Part shown: positions 1 to 10,174 of the stretch, piece after piece
How the letters are laid out: the number at the start of each line of letters is the position of its first letter
Position numbering within the stretch: position 1 is the first letter of the stretch
From: Patescibacteria group bacterium
GTDB taxonomy: Bacteria > Patescibacteriota > Minisyncoccia > Phycocordibacterales > UBA9973
Direction: 5' to 3'
Length of the DNA: 64,000 bases
Assembly (NCBI GenBank): GCA_040384805.1
Contig: JAZKIP010000008.1
Coordinates: forward strand, 36,749-100,748
Made by a program: the position numbers and the translations under genes
The notes under the pieces: generated by a model
Databases searched by the model: none
Told to the model about the DNA's origin: nothing
Seen by the model: the letters and a program-made list of their open reading frames with translations, nothing else

Positions 1-1
1 A

Positions 2-1186
2 AGCTATACACAAGATAGTATATTAGGATATAAAAAAGCTATTGAGCTTGTAAGTCGTTCTGCAAATATTGGTAAGGGCACTGGAGGAGTTCATGAAATT
101 GCAACGAAACCAACATATAACCCATATATACTATTAGCAGAAATAAAGCTATTACAAGATGCTGGATTTTTGGATTTTAACTTTGAGAAATATCCTCATG
201 CTCCACGAGGTTATCATTTGAGTTTAGTTGGCGAAAGTGGGCTTGCAGTGAATGAGGATGCTTACTTTTTGAACAATCTCTTAACAATGACTCAATTGAC
301 AGGAATACTTGCGGGAAAAAATATACACTGGACTAAAGATATTCATAAAAAATCATTTGATATTTTTGAAAATAACAAACAAAAAGGAGAGCGTGTAGAA
401 ATAAAAGGAATGGGCTGTGATTCTATTGAGCAATTTGAAAAAGCAATCATTACTGCTCATCATGCTGGTATTGCTATTCAACTCTGCAATAAATACCTAC
501 GTGAAATAATACAATTTCCAGAAGTTCCAGCTACAGCTGAAGACTTCGAACAAATGCTCGTAAATACAAATTTGCTTACGAAATCGTTTGAATCCGACAA
601 TGAACGAGATATTGTTTATGAATGGATAAGGCTAAAAGGAAAAATTGTTGATGCAATCGGTCAACACAACGACTCTTTTGTCGACAGCGAATTTAGTGGG
701 TTTGTATTAGATAAAAATGGAAATTATATTGATACAAGTGAACATATAGATGTAGTGAGAAACAAGAAACTTATTGATCAAGAAAAATTGCAATCTCTCG
801 AATTTCAAGATCAAATCCATTTAAGTATCCAAGATCTTTATATATCTCAACAGATAAAATTTGTAAATGCCTTAATAAATACAAATAATATTTTTCTTAA
901 ACCGCCTCAGGCGAATGAAAATAGCCCCGTAAATGCAAAAGCTGTATTGGATACTCTAAAAAGAGAAAACTATAACGGTATAGTAAGTGGCGATTCTAAA
1001 CAGTCAATATTTGAAAATAAAGGAGAATTACGAGATGGGTATTACTATATTCAGGGAGCATCAGAAGAGATGATTAGTCACAAATCGCAAATTCTTCTCA
1101 ATCGCTTTAATAATGCTATGGAAAAATTGCTTAAAGGAGCAAGCCGCAATAAGATCAGAAATAGAACTAGCATACTTAACGCATAA
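2..1186 (+). CDS. Hypothetical AT-rich protein, 5'-truncated by window edge; possible amidoligase/glutamine-synthetase-like fold
   Basis: The frame of ORF 170..1186 is open back to position 2 (SYTQDSILGYKK...). Spaced motifs HEIATKP, RGYHLSL and RVEIKG loosely resemble COOH-NH2 ligase motifs. Confidence 0.5.
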   Translation, partial: SYTQDSILGYKKAIELVSRSANIGKGTGGVHEIATKPTYNPYILLAEIKLLQDAGFLDFNFEKYPHAPRGYHLSLVGESGLAVNEDAYFLNNLLTMTQLTGILAGKNIHWTKDIHKKSFDIFENNKQKGERVEIKGMGCDSIEQFEKAIITAHHAGIAIQLCNKYLREIIQFPEVPATAEDFEQMLVNTNLLTKSFESDNERDIVYEWIRLKGKIVDAIGQHNDSFVDSEFSGFVLDKNGNYIDTSEHIDVVRNKKLIDQEKLQSLEFQDQIHLSIQDLYISQQIKFVNALINTNNIFLKPPQANENSPVNAKAVLDTLKRENYNGIVSGDSKQSIFENKGELRDGYYYIQGASEEMISHKSQILLNRFNNAMEKLLKGASRNKIRNRTSILNA

Positions 1187-1190
1187 TCTT

Positions 1191-1622
1191 ATGGACAGAA
1201 AATTTACACAATTTAAAAAAATGGAAAGTGAACTTGAAGAAATTCCACACGTAAAACCAGAAGTTCATTTTAAATTAAACGATATTTCAAAAAGGATTTC
1301 ATCGGGAAAAGAAATTGACAGAAAGGATATCGATTCTTTAGAACTTATATACAGCGAGTTGCAAGATTTAGAAAAAAGCTTAGTAAGTAACCTTGACGAT
1401 TATAGATCAAAAGGAATAGTGCAGAAAGAAGAATTTCTTATTACAATAAATTTTTTCTTAGTCGCAAAACAAAATGGCCCTGAAACTAGCCAGTTACTTA
1501 ATATATTTAAAAATAAAAACTTGAGCGTAGGCGATTGTACTCAGCTAATAGACTCAATTTCTATTCCGGAACATACAAAAATTGTTTTGTTGAATGTATA
1601 TTCAAAAATAATTAGCGAGTAG
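1191..1622 (+). CDS. Hypothetical AT-rich protein
   Basis: ORF 1113..1622; the ATG at 1191 lies 4 nt after the upstream stop. No recognisable motif. Confidence 0.5.
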   Translation: MDRKFTQFKKMESELEEIPHVKPEVHFKLNDISKRISSGKEIDRKDIDSLELIYSELQDLEKSLVSNLDDYRSKGIVQKEEFLITINFFLVAKQNGPETSQLLNIFKNKNLSVGDCTQLIDSISIPEHTKIVLLNVYSKIISE

Positions 1623-1802
1623 TTTAAAGAAGTTTTATTCGTGTGCACACGGGCAAGGATGCATATCTCGACTTGAGCTTTTCCCCTATGAGCATCCATG
1701 GCGAAGGAATCCATATACAACGAAGCACGTACGATACGAAGGGTGTACTGAATCTGCAAAATTTAGGACCCACCCCTATTTTAACCTTTAAAATAAACCA
1801 AT

Positions 1803-1831
1803 TTGCACTATTTCCCCAAATAAGGTACTAT
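1803..1831 (+). promoter_or_regulatory. Sigma70-type promoter of secG (leaderless-type)
   Basis: TTGCAC-N17-TACTAT, followed by 7 nt and then the ATG at 1839. Confidence 0.6.
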
Positions 1832-1838
1832 AGATTCC

Positions 1839-2072
1839 ATGACGATTATTGCTACGCTATTACCATATATACAGATTATTCTGTCTATTATTTTAATTGT
1901 GACAATTTTGCTCCAGCAATCAAGCGCAGGAATGGGGGGCGTTTTAGGCGGCGGTGACACAGGCGGCCTCTACCATACGCGCCGCGGATTCGAAAAGTTC
2001 CTCTTCGCCACAACGATTGTTGTCGGCATTCTCTTCGTTCTATCCGCGCTTACCGCAATACTCGTTAAATAA
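1839..2072 (+). CDS. secG: Preprotein translocase subunit SecG
   Basis: 77 aa, two TM helices, ILLQQSSAGMGGVLGGG and TRRGFEKFL motifs. Confidence 0.92.
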   Translation: MTIIATLLPYIQIILSIILIVTILLQQSSAGMGGVLGGGDTGGLYHTRRGFEKFLFATTIVVGILFVLSALTAILVK

Positions 2073-2129
2073 AGCTATTGTGCTTAAAAACATATCAGAC
2101 TAACGGAGATTTCTTCTCACTATATTTGA

Positions 2130-3941
2130 GTGCATCATATGCATAAATTTCTCTCATTCATCAAAGAATTCCGCATCCCCAAGAAACAGGATCTGGGCGT
2201 TGCATTCGCATCATTCTCTCGAAAACAGGTCATGCTTCTTAGCATGTGCGTCATTGTCGCGTTCGTGACAATGGTCATACTTGCCGAGAAACTCAATACG
2301 TCATTCATGGTTGAAATTCCCGCTGACGGAGGGAGCATTACCGAAGGCATTGTCGGCGTGCCGACCCTGATCAATCCGGTTTTGGCTCTGTCTGACGCGG
2401 ACAAAGACATAACAGCCCTTGTCTACTCCGGACTGATGCGTAAAACGGGAGACGGCTCCTTCGTTCCTGATCTTGCGGAGTCGTTTACCGTATCTGATGA
2501 TGGAAAGATCTATACGTTCCGTCTTCGCGGCACTGCAGTCTTTCATGATGGAACGCCGGTCACTGCCGATGATGTCGCCCTTACGATACAGATGATCAAA
2601 GATCCTCTGATAAAAAGCCCGCGCAAGCCGAGCTGGGACGGAATAACGGTCGAGGCAAAAGATGCTCAGACGGTAGTATTCACGCTTATCAAGCCGTACA
2701 TCTCATTTATGGATGCTACGACTCTCGGCATACTTCCCTCTCATCTCTGGAGAAATGTCACGCCGCAGGAATTCGGCCTTTCCCCGCTGAACAATAAAGC
2801 TGTCGGATCGGGTCCGTATCGAATCGATTCTATTTCCCGAGGAGATGAAGGCATTCCAAAAACGTATGTCCTGAAGCGTTTCGACGATTTTACTCTTGGC
2901 CGTCCGCACATTAAGCGCATTACTATTGTTTCCTACGCTAACGAAAAGGACCTCGTTAAAGGCATCACGAGCCGCTCGGTTGATCAGGCAAGCAGCCTAA
3001 GTCCAGACAATGCTGCATTAGTCGCAGAGAAGGGTCGGTCGGTCATCCATACAGCCACTCTTCCACGCATGTTTGGTGTATTTTTCAACACTACCAAAAA
3101 CAAGGTATTTGCCGATCCGGCAGTTATCAAAGCATTTGATTACGCGCTCGACCGACAGGCTATCGTCGATGAAGTCTTGGAAGGATACGCGACAGTCATA
3201 CATAATCCGGTTCCCGAAGAACTAATGAGCGATGCGGGAGATATCCGGCCGCGCGCGGACCGCGAGGAAGCCTCGGCTGTTCTTGATAAAGCAGGCTGGA
3301 TTCTCGGATCCGATGGGATTCGGTCAAAAAGCGCTACAAAGACCGTTACCACGACCAAAAAAGTCGGCGGCAAAACAGTGACAGAGAAGTCCGAGGTTCC
3401 AACCGGCCCCGCGACAAGACTTGCCTTTACCTTAACGACGGGCGGCACGCCTGAACTTGAGAGCACCGCAAGTCTGATTCAAAGCCAGTTACATGCCATC
3501 GGCGCAGAAGTAGAAATCAAAAGGGTATCTGAAACAGGCCAACTCAATGCCCTCATAAGGAGCCGCGATTATGAAGCTCTTTTTTTCGGACAAATTGTCA
3601 ATCATGAGTCTGATTTATACTCTTTCTGGCATTCCTCGCAAAAGACCGATCCAGGGCTCAATATCGCTCTTTACAGCGACCCGAAAATCGACGCGATCCT
3701 CGAAAATGCTCAGAAAACCATGGATCCCGAAAAGCGAATCCTTGCATATAAGGATTTTATAACTGAATTCAATAAGAATAGCCCCGCATTGTTTATCTAC
3801 TCCCCCACCTATCTTTACGCAACATCGAAAAATCTTAATAACGTTTACCTTGATGCGCTTACCATCCCGTCGGATCGTTTCGCGTCAATCCATACATGGT
3901 ATAGAGAAAAAGATCATGTATGGAAAATTTTTACCAAATAA
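2130..3941 (+). CDS. ABC peptide/nickel substrate-binding protein (family 5), membrane anchored
   Basis: PDLAESFTVSDDGKIYTFRLR, FHDGTPVTADDV and GSGPY motifs. The start may be the ATG at 2139. Confidence 0.88.
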   Translation: MHHMHKFLSFIKEFRIPKKQDLGVAFASFSRKQVMLLSMCVIVAFVTMVILAEKLNTSFMVEIPADGGSITEGIVGVPTLINPVLALSDADKDITALVYSGLMRKTGDGSFVPDLAESFTVSDDGKIYTFRLRGTAVFHDGTPVTADDVALTIQMIKDPLIKSPRKPSWDGITVEAKDAQTVVFTLIKPYISFMDATTLGILPSHLWRNVTPQEFGLSPLNNKAVGSGPYRIDSISRGDEGIPKTYVLKRFDDFTLGRPHIKRITIVSYANEKDLVKGITSRSVDQASSLSPDNAALVAEKGRSVIHTATLPRMFGVFFNTTKNKVFADPAVIKAFDYALDRQAIVDEVLEGYATVIHNPVPEELMSDAGDIRPRADREEASAVLDKAGWILGSDGIRSKSATKTVTTTKKVGGKTVTEKSEVPTGPATRLAFTLTTGGTPELESTASLIQSQLHAIGAEVEIKRVSETGQLNALIRSRDYEALFFGQIVNHESDLYSFWHSSQKTDPGLNIALYSDPKIDAILENAQKTMDPEKRILAYKDFITEFNKNSPALFIYSPTYLYATSKNLNNVYLDALTIPSDRFASIHTWYREKDHVWKIFTK

Positions 3942-3956
3942 GAACGATATATCATT

Positions 3957-5930
3957 ATGAACGAAACATCCCCAAAATCACCCGGTTCTCAAAGGCCCCG
4001 ACAAAATCGCCATTTTCACAACCGCAAGCCGGGACATCCGCGCGCGGGAGAGAAACCGACACAGTCCCACGCTCCTGCCCGTTCCGGCAATTCTCCCGTC
4101 AGAAATCCCGCACCGCAATCAAAGCCGAGCCGCGGAAGCTATCAATACGGCAACACAAAAGGCGGTCGGCGGCCGCGCGCGCAGGCGCCGATGCCGCCTA
4201 AGGATAATCCCGTCTCTACAAGGAGAAAAACATCGACCATTCCCGCCGTGGAATCAGGAGTTATCCGCATTATTCCCCTCGGAGGAGTCGAGGAGATCGG
4301 CAAGAACATGACAGCGATCGAAATCGGCAACGATATCATTGTCATCGACGCCGGCATGCAATTCAAGACCGAAGATACGCCCGGCATCGACTATATCATC
4401 CCCAACACGACATATCTCGAAGAGCGCAAGGATAAGATCCGCGGCATGTTCGTGACTCACGGGCACCTCGATCATATCGGAGGCATTCCGCTTGTCATGA
4501 GTCGCATCGGCAATCCGCCGCTTTATTCCCGAAACTTGTCCATCCTTCTGATGAAAAAGCGTCAGGAAGAATTCCCTCATTTGCCGCCTCTTAACGTACA
4601 AGTTGTCGAGAAAGATTCAGTCGTGTACGCGGGAGACATGCGCATTAGGTTCTTCGGAGTAACCCACACCGTTCCCGACTCGATGGGCATCATTATCGAG
4701 ACACCCTACGGATCAATCGTCACCCCGGGAGACTACAAGCTTGACCAGGTTGACGGAAAAGTGTCCGACGAAGAGGAAAAAGAATATAAATTCTTCGACA
4801 AAGAAAAAGTTCTTCTTCTCTTGACTGATTCGACGAATGTCGAGAACGAAGGGTTTTCCGTTCCCGAAATACGAGTTCATGAAGGCCTTGAAAAGCTCAT
4901 CAAGCAAGGAACCGGGCGCATTATCATCGCCGCTTTCGCCTCTCATATCACCCGCCTTGTAAAGATCGTGGAGATCGCCGAATCTCTCGGCAAGAAAATC
5001 GTCCTTGAAGGCCGTTCACTTAAAACCAACATGGAAGTCTGCGAACAGGCAGGACTCTTCAAGCCGAAAAAAGGAACAATCATCCCCGTCGAAGACATCG
5101 ACAGTTTCCCGCCGAATAAGGTCATCGTCCTGATGACTGGCGCTCAGGGCGAGGAATTTGCCGCGCTCAACCGCGCTGCCAACAAGACGCACAAGAAATT
5201 CACTATCAAGTCGGGAGATACGATCATTTTGTCGGCATCAATCGTCCCCGGGAATGAAATATCCGTCCAGCATCTCAAGGACAATTTGGCCCGCCACGGA
5301 GTGAAAATTATCAGCTACCGTACGAGTGAGGAAACTATTCACGCGACCGGCCACGGCAACCAGGAAGATATCAAGTGGCTGCATCGCAAAACGCATCCGA
5401 AATTCTTTATCCCGATCCACGGATGGCACTCGATGCTGGTGCGCCACAAGGAACTAGCCATGTCAATCGGCATGTCCGAAGAAAATATCATCGTTCCCGA
5501 TAACGGCTCCCTCATAGAGATAACGGACAATGGTGAAAAGATCGGCGTCCGCAAGGAAAAGGCACCATCGGGACCGATGATGGTCGATGGGTTCTCCGTC
5601 GGCGACGAGCAGGAAGTCGTCATTCGGGACCGACAGATGCTTGCCCAAGACGGAATGTTTGTCCTGATTGCCACCATGGATTCGGCAACGGGCAAGCTCC
5701 GCAAGTCTCCCGATATCATCTCCCGCGGATTTATATATCTGAAGGAAAATCAGGAACTGCTCCACCAGGTGCGCCTCATCATCAAGAAAAGCATCGAGGA
5801 CGGCGCGCGCGGCATGCACCCCGTCAATTTCGATACGATAAAGACAACGCTTGGAGACAATGTTTCCAAATTTCTGTTCCAGAAAACAGCCAAGAGGCCG
5901 CTTGTTATCCCTGTCTTATTGAGCATCTAA
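3957..5930 (+). CDS. rnj: Ribonuclease J with a basic disordered N-terminal extension
   Basis: IIPLGGVEEIGKNM, THGHLDHIGG, HATGHG and PIHG motifs. Confidence 0.95.
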   Translation: MNETSPKSPGSQRPRQNRHFHNRKPGHPRAGEKPTQSHAPARSGNSPVRNPAPQSKPSRGSYQYGNTKGGRRPRAQAPMPPKDNPVSTRRKTSTIPAVESGVIRIIPLGGVEEIGKNMTAIEIGNDIIVIDAGMQFKTEDTPGIDYIIPNTTYLEERKDKIRGMFVTHGHLDHIGGIPLVMSRIGNPPLYSRNLSILLMKKRQEEFPHLPPLNVQVVEKDSVVYAGDMRIRFFGVTHTVPDSMGIIIETPYGSIVTPGDYKLDQVDGKVSDEEEKEYKFFDKEKVLLLLTDSTNVENEGFSVPEIRVHEGLEKLIKQGTGRIIIAAFASHITRLVKIVEIAESLGKKIVLEGRSLKTNMEVCEQAGLFKPKKGTIIPVEDIDSFPPNKVIVLMTGAQGEEFAALNRAANKTHKKFTIKSGDTIILSASIVPGNEISVQHLKDNLARHGVKIISYRTSEETIHATGHGNQEDIKWLHRKTHPKFFIPIHGWHSMLVRHKELAMSIGMSEENIIVPDNGSLIEITDNGEKIGVRKEKAPSGPMMVDGFSVGDEQEVVIRDRQMLAQDGMFVLIATMDSATGKLRKSPDIISRGFIYLKENQELLHQVRLIIKKSIEDGARGMHPVNFDTIKTTLGDNVSKFLFQKTAKRPLVIPVLLSI

Positions 5931-5942
5931 GCGATCACGCCA

Positions 5943-7118
5943 ATGAACAAGATGCGATCCATGTATGTCCTGTCGTTCCTTTTCTCCCTCCACATATCGC
6001 TTTCAGCATATGTTAATTCGACCTTCCTTGCAGGCATAATCCCCGCTTTCTATGTCGGCATCCTCTACACGATCGCCTCTCTTGCAACGCTTGGGATGCT
6101 TTCCCAGAGCGCCAACATCCTCAAGCATCTGGGCAATCGAAATCTTGTTCTGATTCTTATCCTCTGCAATATGATCGGCCTTGCCGGGCTCATTCTTTCG
6201 GATGACCCCTATATTCTCGGGCTTTCCTTTGTCGCCTTCACGGTGACAAATACGCTCGTCTTTTTCTGTATCGACATATTCATCGAGCATTTTGGCAATC
6301 CTCGGACGATCGGGAAGACGCGCGGCCTTTATCTGACGATTCTCAATATCGCATGGATGATATCGCCCCTCATTACGGCCATCCTTATCAAGCGCGAAGG
6401 CGGTTATCAGGCGATCTATCTTATCGCGCTTGTCACGACGGCGGTAGCAGGACTCGGACTTCTCTTTTCCGTCAGGAAATTCACCGATAGCGTCTATCAA
6501 AAAACGCCGTTTCTGGCCACATATCGATACTTGAAAACCAATCGCCACATGCTTGCCATTACGGTTATTAATTTTATATTGCAATTCTTTTACGCATGGA
6601 TGGTCGTCTATACGCCGCTTTATCTTTTTGAGCATATGGGATTCGGCTGGGATACGATCGGCGTTATATTCACAATCATGCTTGCGCCATTCGTGATTTT
6701 CGGCCTGCCTGTCGGCATTTTAATTGATAGATACCATGTCTCGAAGAAAGCGCTTCTTTATGCGGGATTTCTCATTATGGCTCTCTCTACGATGACGATG
6801 GCCTATATCGGGAATGGGAGCATCGCTCTCTGGGCGCTCGTCCTCTTCCTGACGCGCATGGGTGCAAGCATTATCGAAACAACATCGGAGATCTATTTCT
6901 TCACTCATGTAGAAGAAAAGGATGCGTATCTTTTGGGAATTTATCGCGACATGAATCCGATCGCGTATGTTATCGCTCCTCTCATCGCGATCCTTGTCTT
7001 TGAACTATTTCCTTTCAAATACTTGTTCCTCGTTCTCGGAATAATAGTCATGGTCGGATTTTATTATGCCGCTCGCTTAAAAGAAACTCATGGACTCATA
7101 TCCGATGCGAATCAATAA
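5943..7118 (+). CDS. MFS transporter
   Basis: About 12 hydrophobic segments in 391 aa; GILIDRY loop motif. Confidence 0.8.
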   Translation: MNKMRSMYVLSFLFSLHISLSAYVNSTFLAGIIPAFYVGILYTIASLATLGMLSQSANILKHLGNRNLVLILILCNMIGLAGLILSDDPYILGLSFVAFTVTNTLVFFCIDIFIEHFGNPRTIGKTRGLYLTILNIAWMISPLITAILIKREGGYQAIYLIALVTTAVAGLGLLFSVRKFTDSVYQKTPFLATYRYLKTNRHMLAITVINFILQFFYAWMVVYTPLYLFEHMGFGWDTIGVIFTIMLAPFVIFGLPVGILIDRYHVSKKALLYAGFLIMALSTMTMAYIGNGSIALWALVLFLTRMGASIIETTSEIYFFTHVEEKDAYLLGIYRDMNPIAYVIAPLIAILVFELFPFKYLFLVLGIIVMVGFYYAARLKETHGLISDANQ

Positions 7119-7791
7119 ATACCTCGCCCTTCATAATCATGCGACGCGGACAGGCGCCGATGAACTCATCAAGAAAGGACTCGTAACAATCAACGGTCGT
7201 AAGGCAGTTCTCGGCGATAAAGTGGAAGAAAAGGACAAGGTTCTTGTGCGTATGAAGGGAGATGAAAAAGAATATGTCTATTATGCTTACAACAAACCGG
7301 TCGGCATCTCTACGAACCCTGACAAGGGGAGCAAAGATATTCTCTCGACAACCCGATTCCCGACACGGGTATTCCCCATTGGGCGCTTGGATAAGGACTC
7401 TCATGGATTGATTCTCATGACAAATGACGGTCGCGTCACCGACAGGCTCCTCTCCCCAAAATATGTCCATGAAAAGGAGTATGTCGTCAAAGTCACTCCA
7501 GCTTTCCCTGATACATTTATTGTGAAGATGGGAAATGGCGTTCACTTCGACGGATTGGTCAGCAGAAAATGCACAGTCACAAGAAAAAACAAGGACACCT
7601 TCCATATCATATTGACTGAAGGAAAAAAGCGCCAGATCAGACGCATGAGCGAAGCCCTTCATCATACGGTTGTCGATCTTAAGCGTATCCGGATCATGAA
7701 CATAGAACTCGGGAGTACTCCTCTCGGCGAATACCGGGAAATAAAAGGCTCGGAATTAAAAGAGTTTCTTTCGTCGCTCGCATTATTATAA
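7090..7791 (+). CDS. rRNA pseudouridine synthase (RsuA/RluF family)
   Basis: S4 domain (RINKYLA); GRLDKDSHGLILMTNDG; EGKKRQIRRM. Confidence 0.92.
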   Translation: MDSYPMRINKYLALHNHATRTGADELIKKGLVTINGRKAVLGDKVEEKDKVLVRMKGDEKEYVYYAYNKPVGISTNPDKGSKDILSTTRFPTRVFPIGRLDKDSHGLILMTNDGRVTDRLLSPKYVHEKEYVVKVTPAFPDTFIVKMGNGVHFDGLVSRKCTVTRKNKDTFHIILTEGKKRQIRRMSEALHHTVVDLKRIRIMNIELGSTPLGEYREIKGSELKEFLSSLALL

Positions 7792-7824
7792 AAACCATGC
7801 ATTCTTGCATGGTTTTTATAATAA
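7783..7824. terminator. Bidirectional intrinsic terminator
   Basis: Perfect 19-bp inverted repeat ttattataaaaaccatgca-ttct-tgcatggtttttataataa between convergent genes. Confidence 0.75.
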
Positions 7825-7836
7825 ACGTATGAGAAA

Positions 7837-9681
7837 TTAATACCGATCCGGATTGGTAGCAAACGGAGTAGTTGTCTGCCGACCGCTGCATGGCTGGCCG
7901 GTTGTCGTGCTATACCCTTGAGTCGAACTGCAGCCGGGCAACAAAGGTACCGATGGCGTTCCGCACGGCACTCCCGTTATCGGACTGTAACCGACGGATG
8001 ATGTGCATCCTGCAGGCAAGCCGGAATTCCCTCCGCTGCATGGCTGGCCAGTGGTTACGCTATATCCCATCGATGACGTACAGCCCGGCGGCAAAGGATT
8101 TGCTGGTGCCGTACATGGCATCCCTGTTGTCGAGCTATAGCCAATGGATGATGTGCATCCCGTAGGATAACCTGAACCATCTTTCGTGATGGTAAAAGCG
8201 CTATCTGATCTGTCTCCTTGAGCTCCAACCAAGTTTATTGTTCCCATAGATACTCGAAATAATCGGCCATAGACAGGGAATGTCGGGACAGTAAAAGTCT
8301 CCGAACCGTCATTTATAGTCGCACCGAGATCAAAGTTAGCTGACTGACTCCAATCGTTTATGCCAATACCTCTTTCAATTTGAATTGAAACTCTTTCATT
8401 CGCCGGAATATTACAACTTTTCCATTTTACCTCTATCTTCTGTCCAGCGACAAATGTCTCGCCCCCGTTCGGAGAAAGGACAGTTATGCTTGGCGTAGCC
8501 AGACGTCCGCAGACAGAAGGTAAAGACGAAGCCAAAGATCGTATCGTAAATGGCGCATCGCTGAAATCAACAATGTTTTCTGTACCATCATTGCTTTTCC
8601 ATTGTGCCATAGCATAGTATTGGCCGCTTGGAAGCGAAGAATTTCCGAAAAAGCCGCTTGAATCTATGGCCGCATTCGGCGCTGAATGATTAGAACTACC
8701 AAAATAAAGATTCGCGCCATAATTATTCGCATTCGGATATTGGACGATATATTCATGAAGAGTTCCTGTTTTCTGCGAAGTAACGGTAGACTTAAAGTTA
8801 ATCCATGGATTAAGTCCGATAGGATCGGGATTAACCACAAAGGTCTCCCCGCCGTTCGGAGAAATTACCTTGACGGAAGCTGCTGCTTTCCCTTCAACGC
8901 ATTTATCAGACACAACGGTATTCGTGTAATTGCTTTGCTCGTATCCCGCCGCCCTTTTCCATGTCGTAATTGTTTCGCTCATGTACGGCTCCACGCGTGC
9001 CGTGTTCGGATACCATTTCCTGCAGTATGTAAGCTTGTCTATATTTGCTCCCGATACGCCGTCCGGGTCGCTTTGCCATTGGCCGGTTGCAACATCCATA
9101 TGCTGATTCACCTTTCCTCTCCAATAGGCAATACGAGGAGTCAGATCCTGCGGCACGGGAGTTACTGTTTGAATAACGGGAACAATGACTTTGTCAGTAG
9201 TCTCTCTGCCGTTTCTGTCCCAGCACTGGATGCTGAGTTCTAATTGATTTACATACTGAATAGTACTGAGATCACCATTGTATGCAAGCGCTGCCATCAG
9301 ATCTTTTGACCCTAATACCGCATCCGTGCCGTCACCCCATAATCCCGAATTGCCGGGCCACAGCGGCGCAAAATTGCCTGAACCGCTGCAATATGCCACG
9401 CCGGAAGAAGTCCATGAAGCGTTTATTTTTGTTCTAAAGAGAACTGGCGAAGGGTTATCGGAAGCATTGACCTTTAAATCGACTGATAATCGTGAAGCGG
9501 GAATCTGGACTGTTGATAATCCATCTTTAACACCTCCCACAACAGTAGGACATTTTTGCCCTGTCGTATCGCTATAGACAGTTCCCTTATCACATCCGCT
9601 ATCGGTGACAGCAGCATGGGCAGGAAGAGTTATAGCAAGTAAACTGTACACGAGAACCCCTAAGAGCAGCTTTTTAATCAT
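7837..9681 (-). CDS. Secreted modular surface protein with Cys-pair repeats and two SPNGGE Ig-like domains
   Basis: Signal peptide (AHA|A); two VxSPNGGETF motifs; 1+4 GCxxxxxYSxxTGxxC repeats. Confidence 0.8.
   Translation of the reverse strand: MIKKLLLGVLVYSLLAITLPAHAAVTDSGCDKGTVYSDTTGQKCPTVVGGVKDGLSTVQIPASRLSVDLKVNASDNPSPVLFRTKINASWTSSGVAYCSGSGNFAPLWPGNSGLWGDGTDAVLGSKDLMAALAYNGDLSTIQYVNQLELSIQCWDRNGRETTDKVIVPVIQTVTPVPQDLTPRIAYWRGKVNQHMDVATGQWQSDPDGVSGANIDKLTYCRKWYPNTARVEPYMSETITTWKRAAGYEQSNYTNTVVSDKCVEGKAAASVKVISPNGGETFVVNPDPIGLNPWINFKSTVTSQKTGTLHEYIVQYPNANNYGANLYFGSSNHSAPNAAIDSSGFFGNSSLPSGQYYAMAQWKSNDGTENIVDFSDAPFTIRSLASSLPSVCGRLATPSITVLSPNGGETFVAGQKIEVKWKSCNIPANERVSIQIERGIGINDWSQSANFDLGATINDGSETFTVPTFPVYGRLFRVSMGTINLVGAQGDRSDSAFTITKDGSGYPTGCTSSIGYSSTTGMPCTAPANPLPPGCTSSMGYSVTTGQPCSGGNSGLPAGCTSSVGYSPITGVPCGTPSVPLLPGCSSTQGYSTTTGQPCSGRQTTTPFATNPDRY
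7885..8170 (-). repeat. Four tandem coding repeats (L/Y)xxGCxSxxGYSxxTGxPC
   Basis: YPTGCTSSIGYSSTTGMPC, LPPGCTSSMGYSVTTGQPC, LPAGCTSSVGYSPITGVPC, LLPGCSSTQGYSTTTGQPC. Confidence 0.85.
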
Positions 9682-9753
9682 ATGTATTATATGGTAATGA
9701 CATTCCCTTTATTAATATATCTAAATACTAACATTCGTGATTGTTATGTCAAT

Positions 9754-9792
9754 AAAAAATCCCCTCCGACACAAGGTCGGAGGGGATTTTTT
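9754..9792 (-). terminator. Intrinsic terminator after rpsR
   Basis: aaaaaatcccctccgac-acaag-gtcggaggggatttttt. Confidence 0.85.
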
Positions 9793-9797
9793 GCCTG

Positions 9798-9998
9798 TTA
9801 TTTGGCGATATAAGGCAATAATCCCATAAAGCGGGCGCGCTTGATCGCGATCGCGAGCTTGCGCTGGTTCTTGGCCGTGACATCTGTACGACGGCGAGCC
9901 ATCATACGAGCACTGGGCGTTAAGAAACGTCGAAGCAATTCTACGTCTTTGTAGTCGATATGCTTTATATTGTTGGCTGAAAAATAATCTTGTTTCAT
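9798..9998 (-). CDS. rpsR: 30S ribosomal protein S18 (Zn-free type)
   Basis: IDYKDVELLRRF and QRKLAIAIKRARFMGLLPY motifs. Confidence 0.96.
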   Translation of the reverse strand: MKQDYFSANNIKHIDYKDVELLRRFLTPSARMMARRRTDVTAKNQRKLAIAIKRARFMGLLPYIAK

Positions 9999-10174
9999 AA
10001 CTGATTTTTAAGGACGTAACGACTATAAAAATCGTTATCCGCCCATAATTTATATACTAATTGTAATAAATTCTAAACAGAGAATATGCTACCTACTTCA
10101 CTATGACACTTTATTTAATCAATAAATTAAGGCGGGTAGTGAGAAATATATTCGCTGCACTTCTTATTTCTCTA

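Noticed and set aside
1643-1957. 104-aa ORF overlapping secG
   Set aside because: GTG start, no motifs, overlaps secG and its promoter in another frame.
7885-8170. Repeats as a CRISPR array or DGR template/variable pair
   Set aside because: They are degenerate at DNA level, conserved as protein, and no reverse transcriptase is present.
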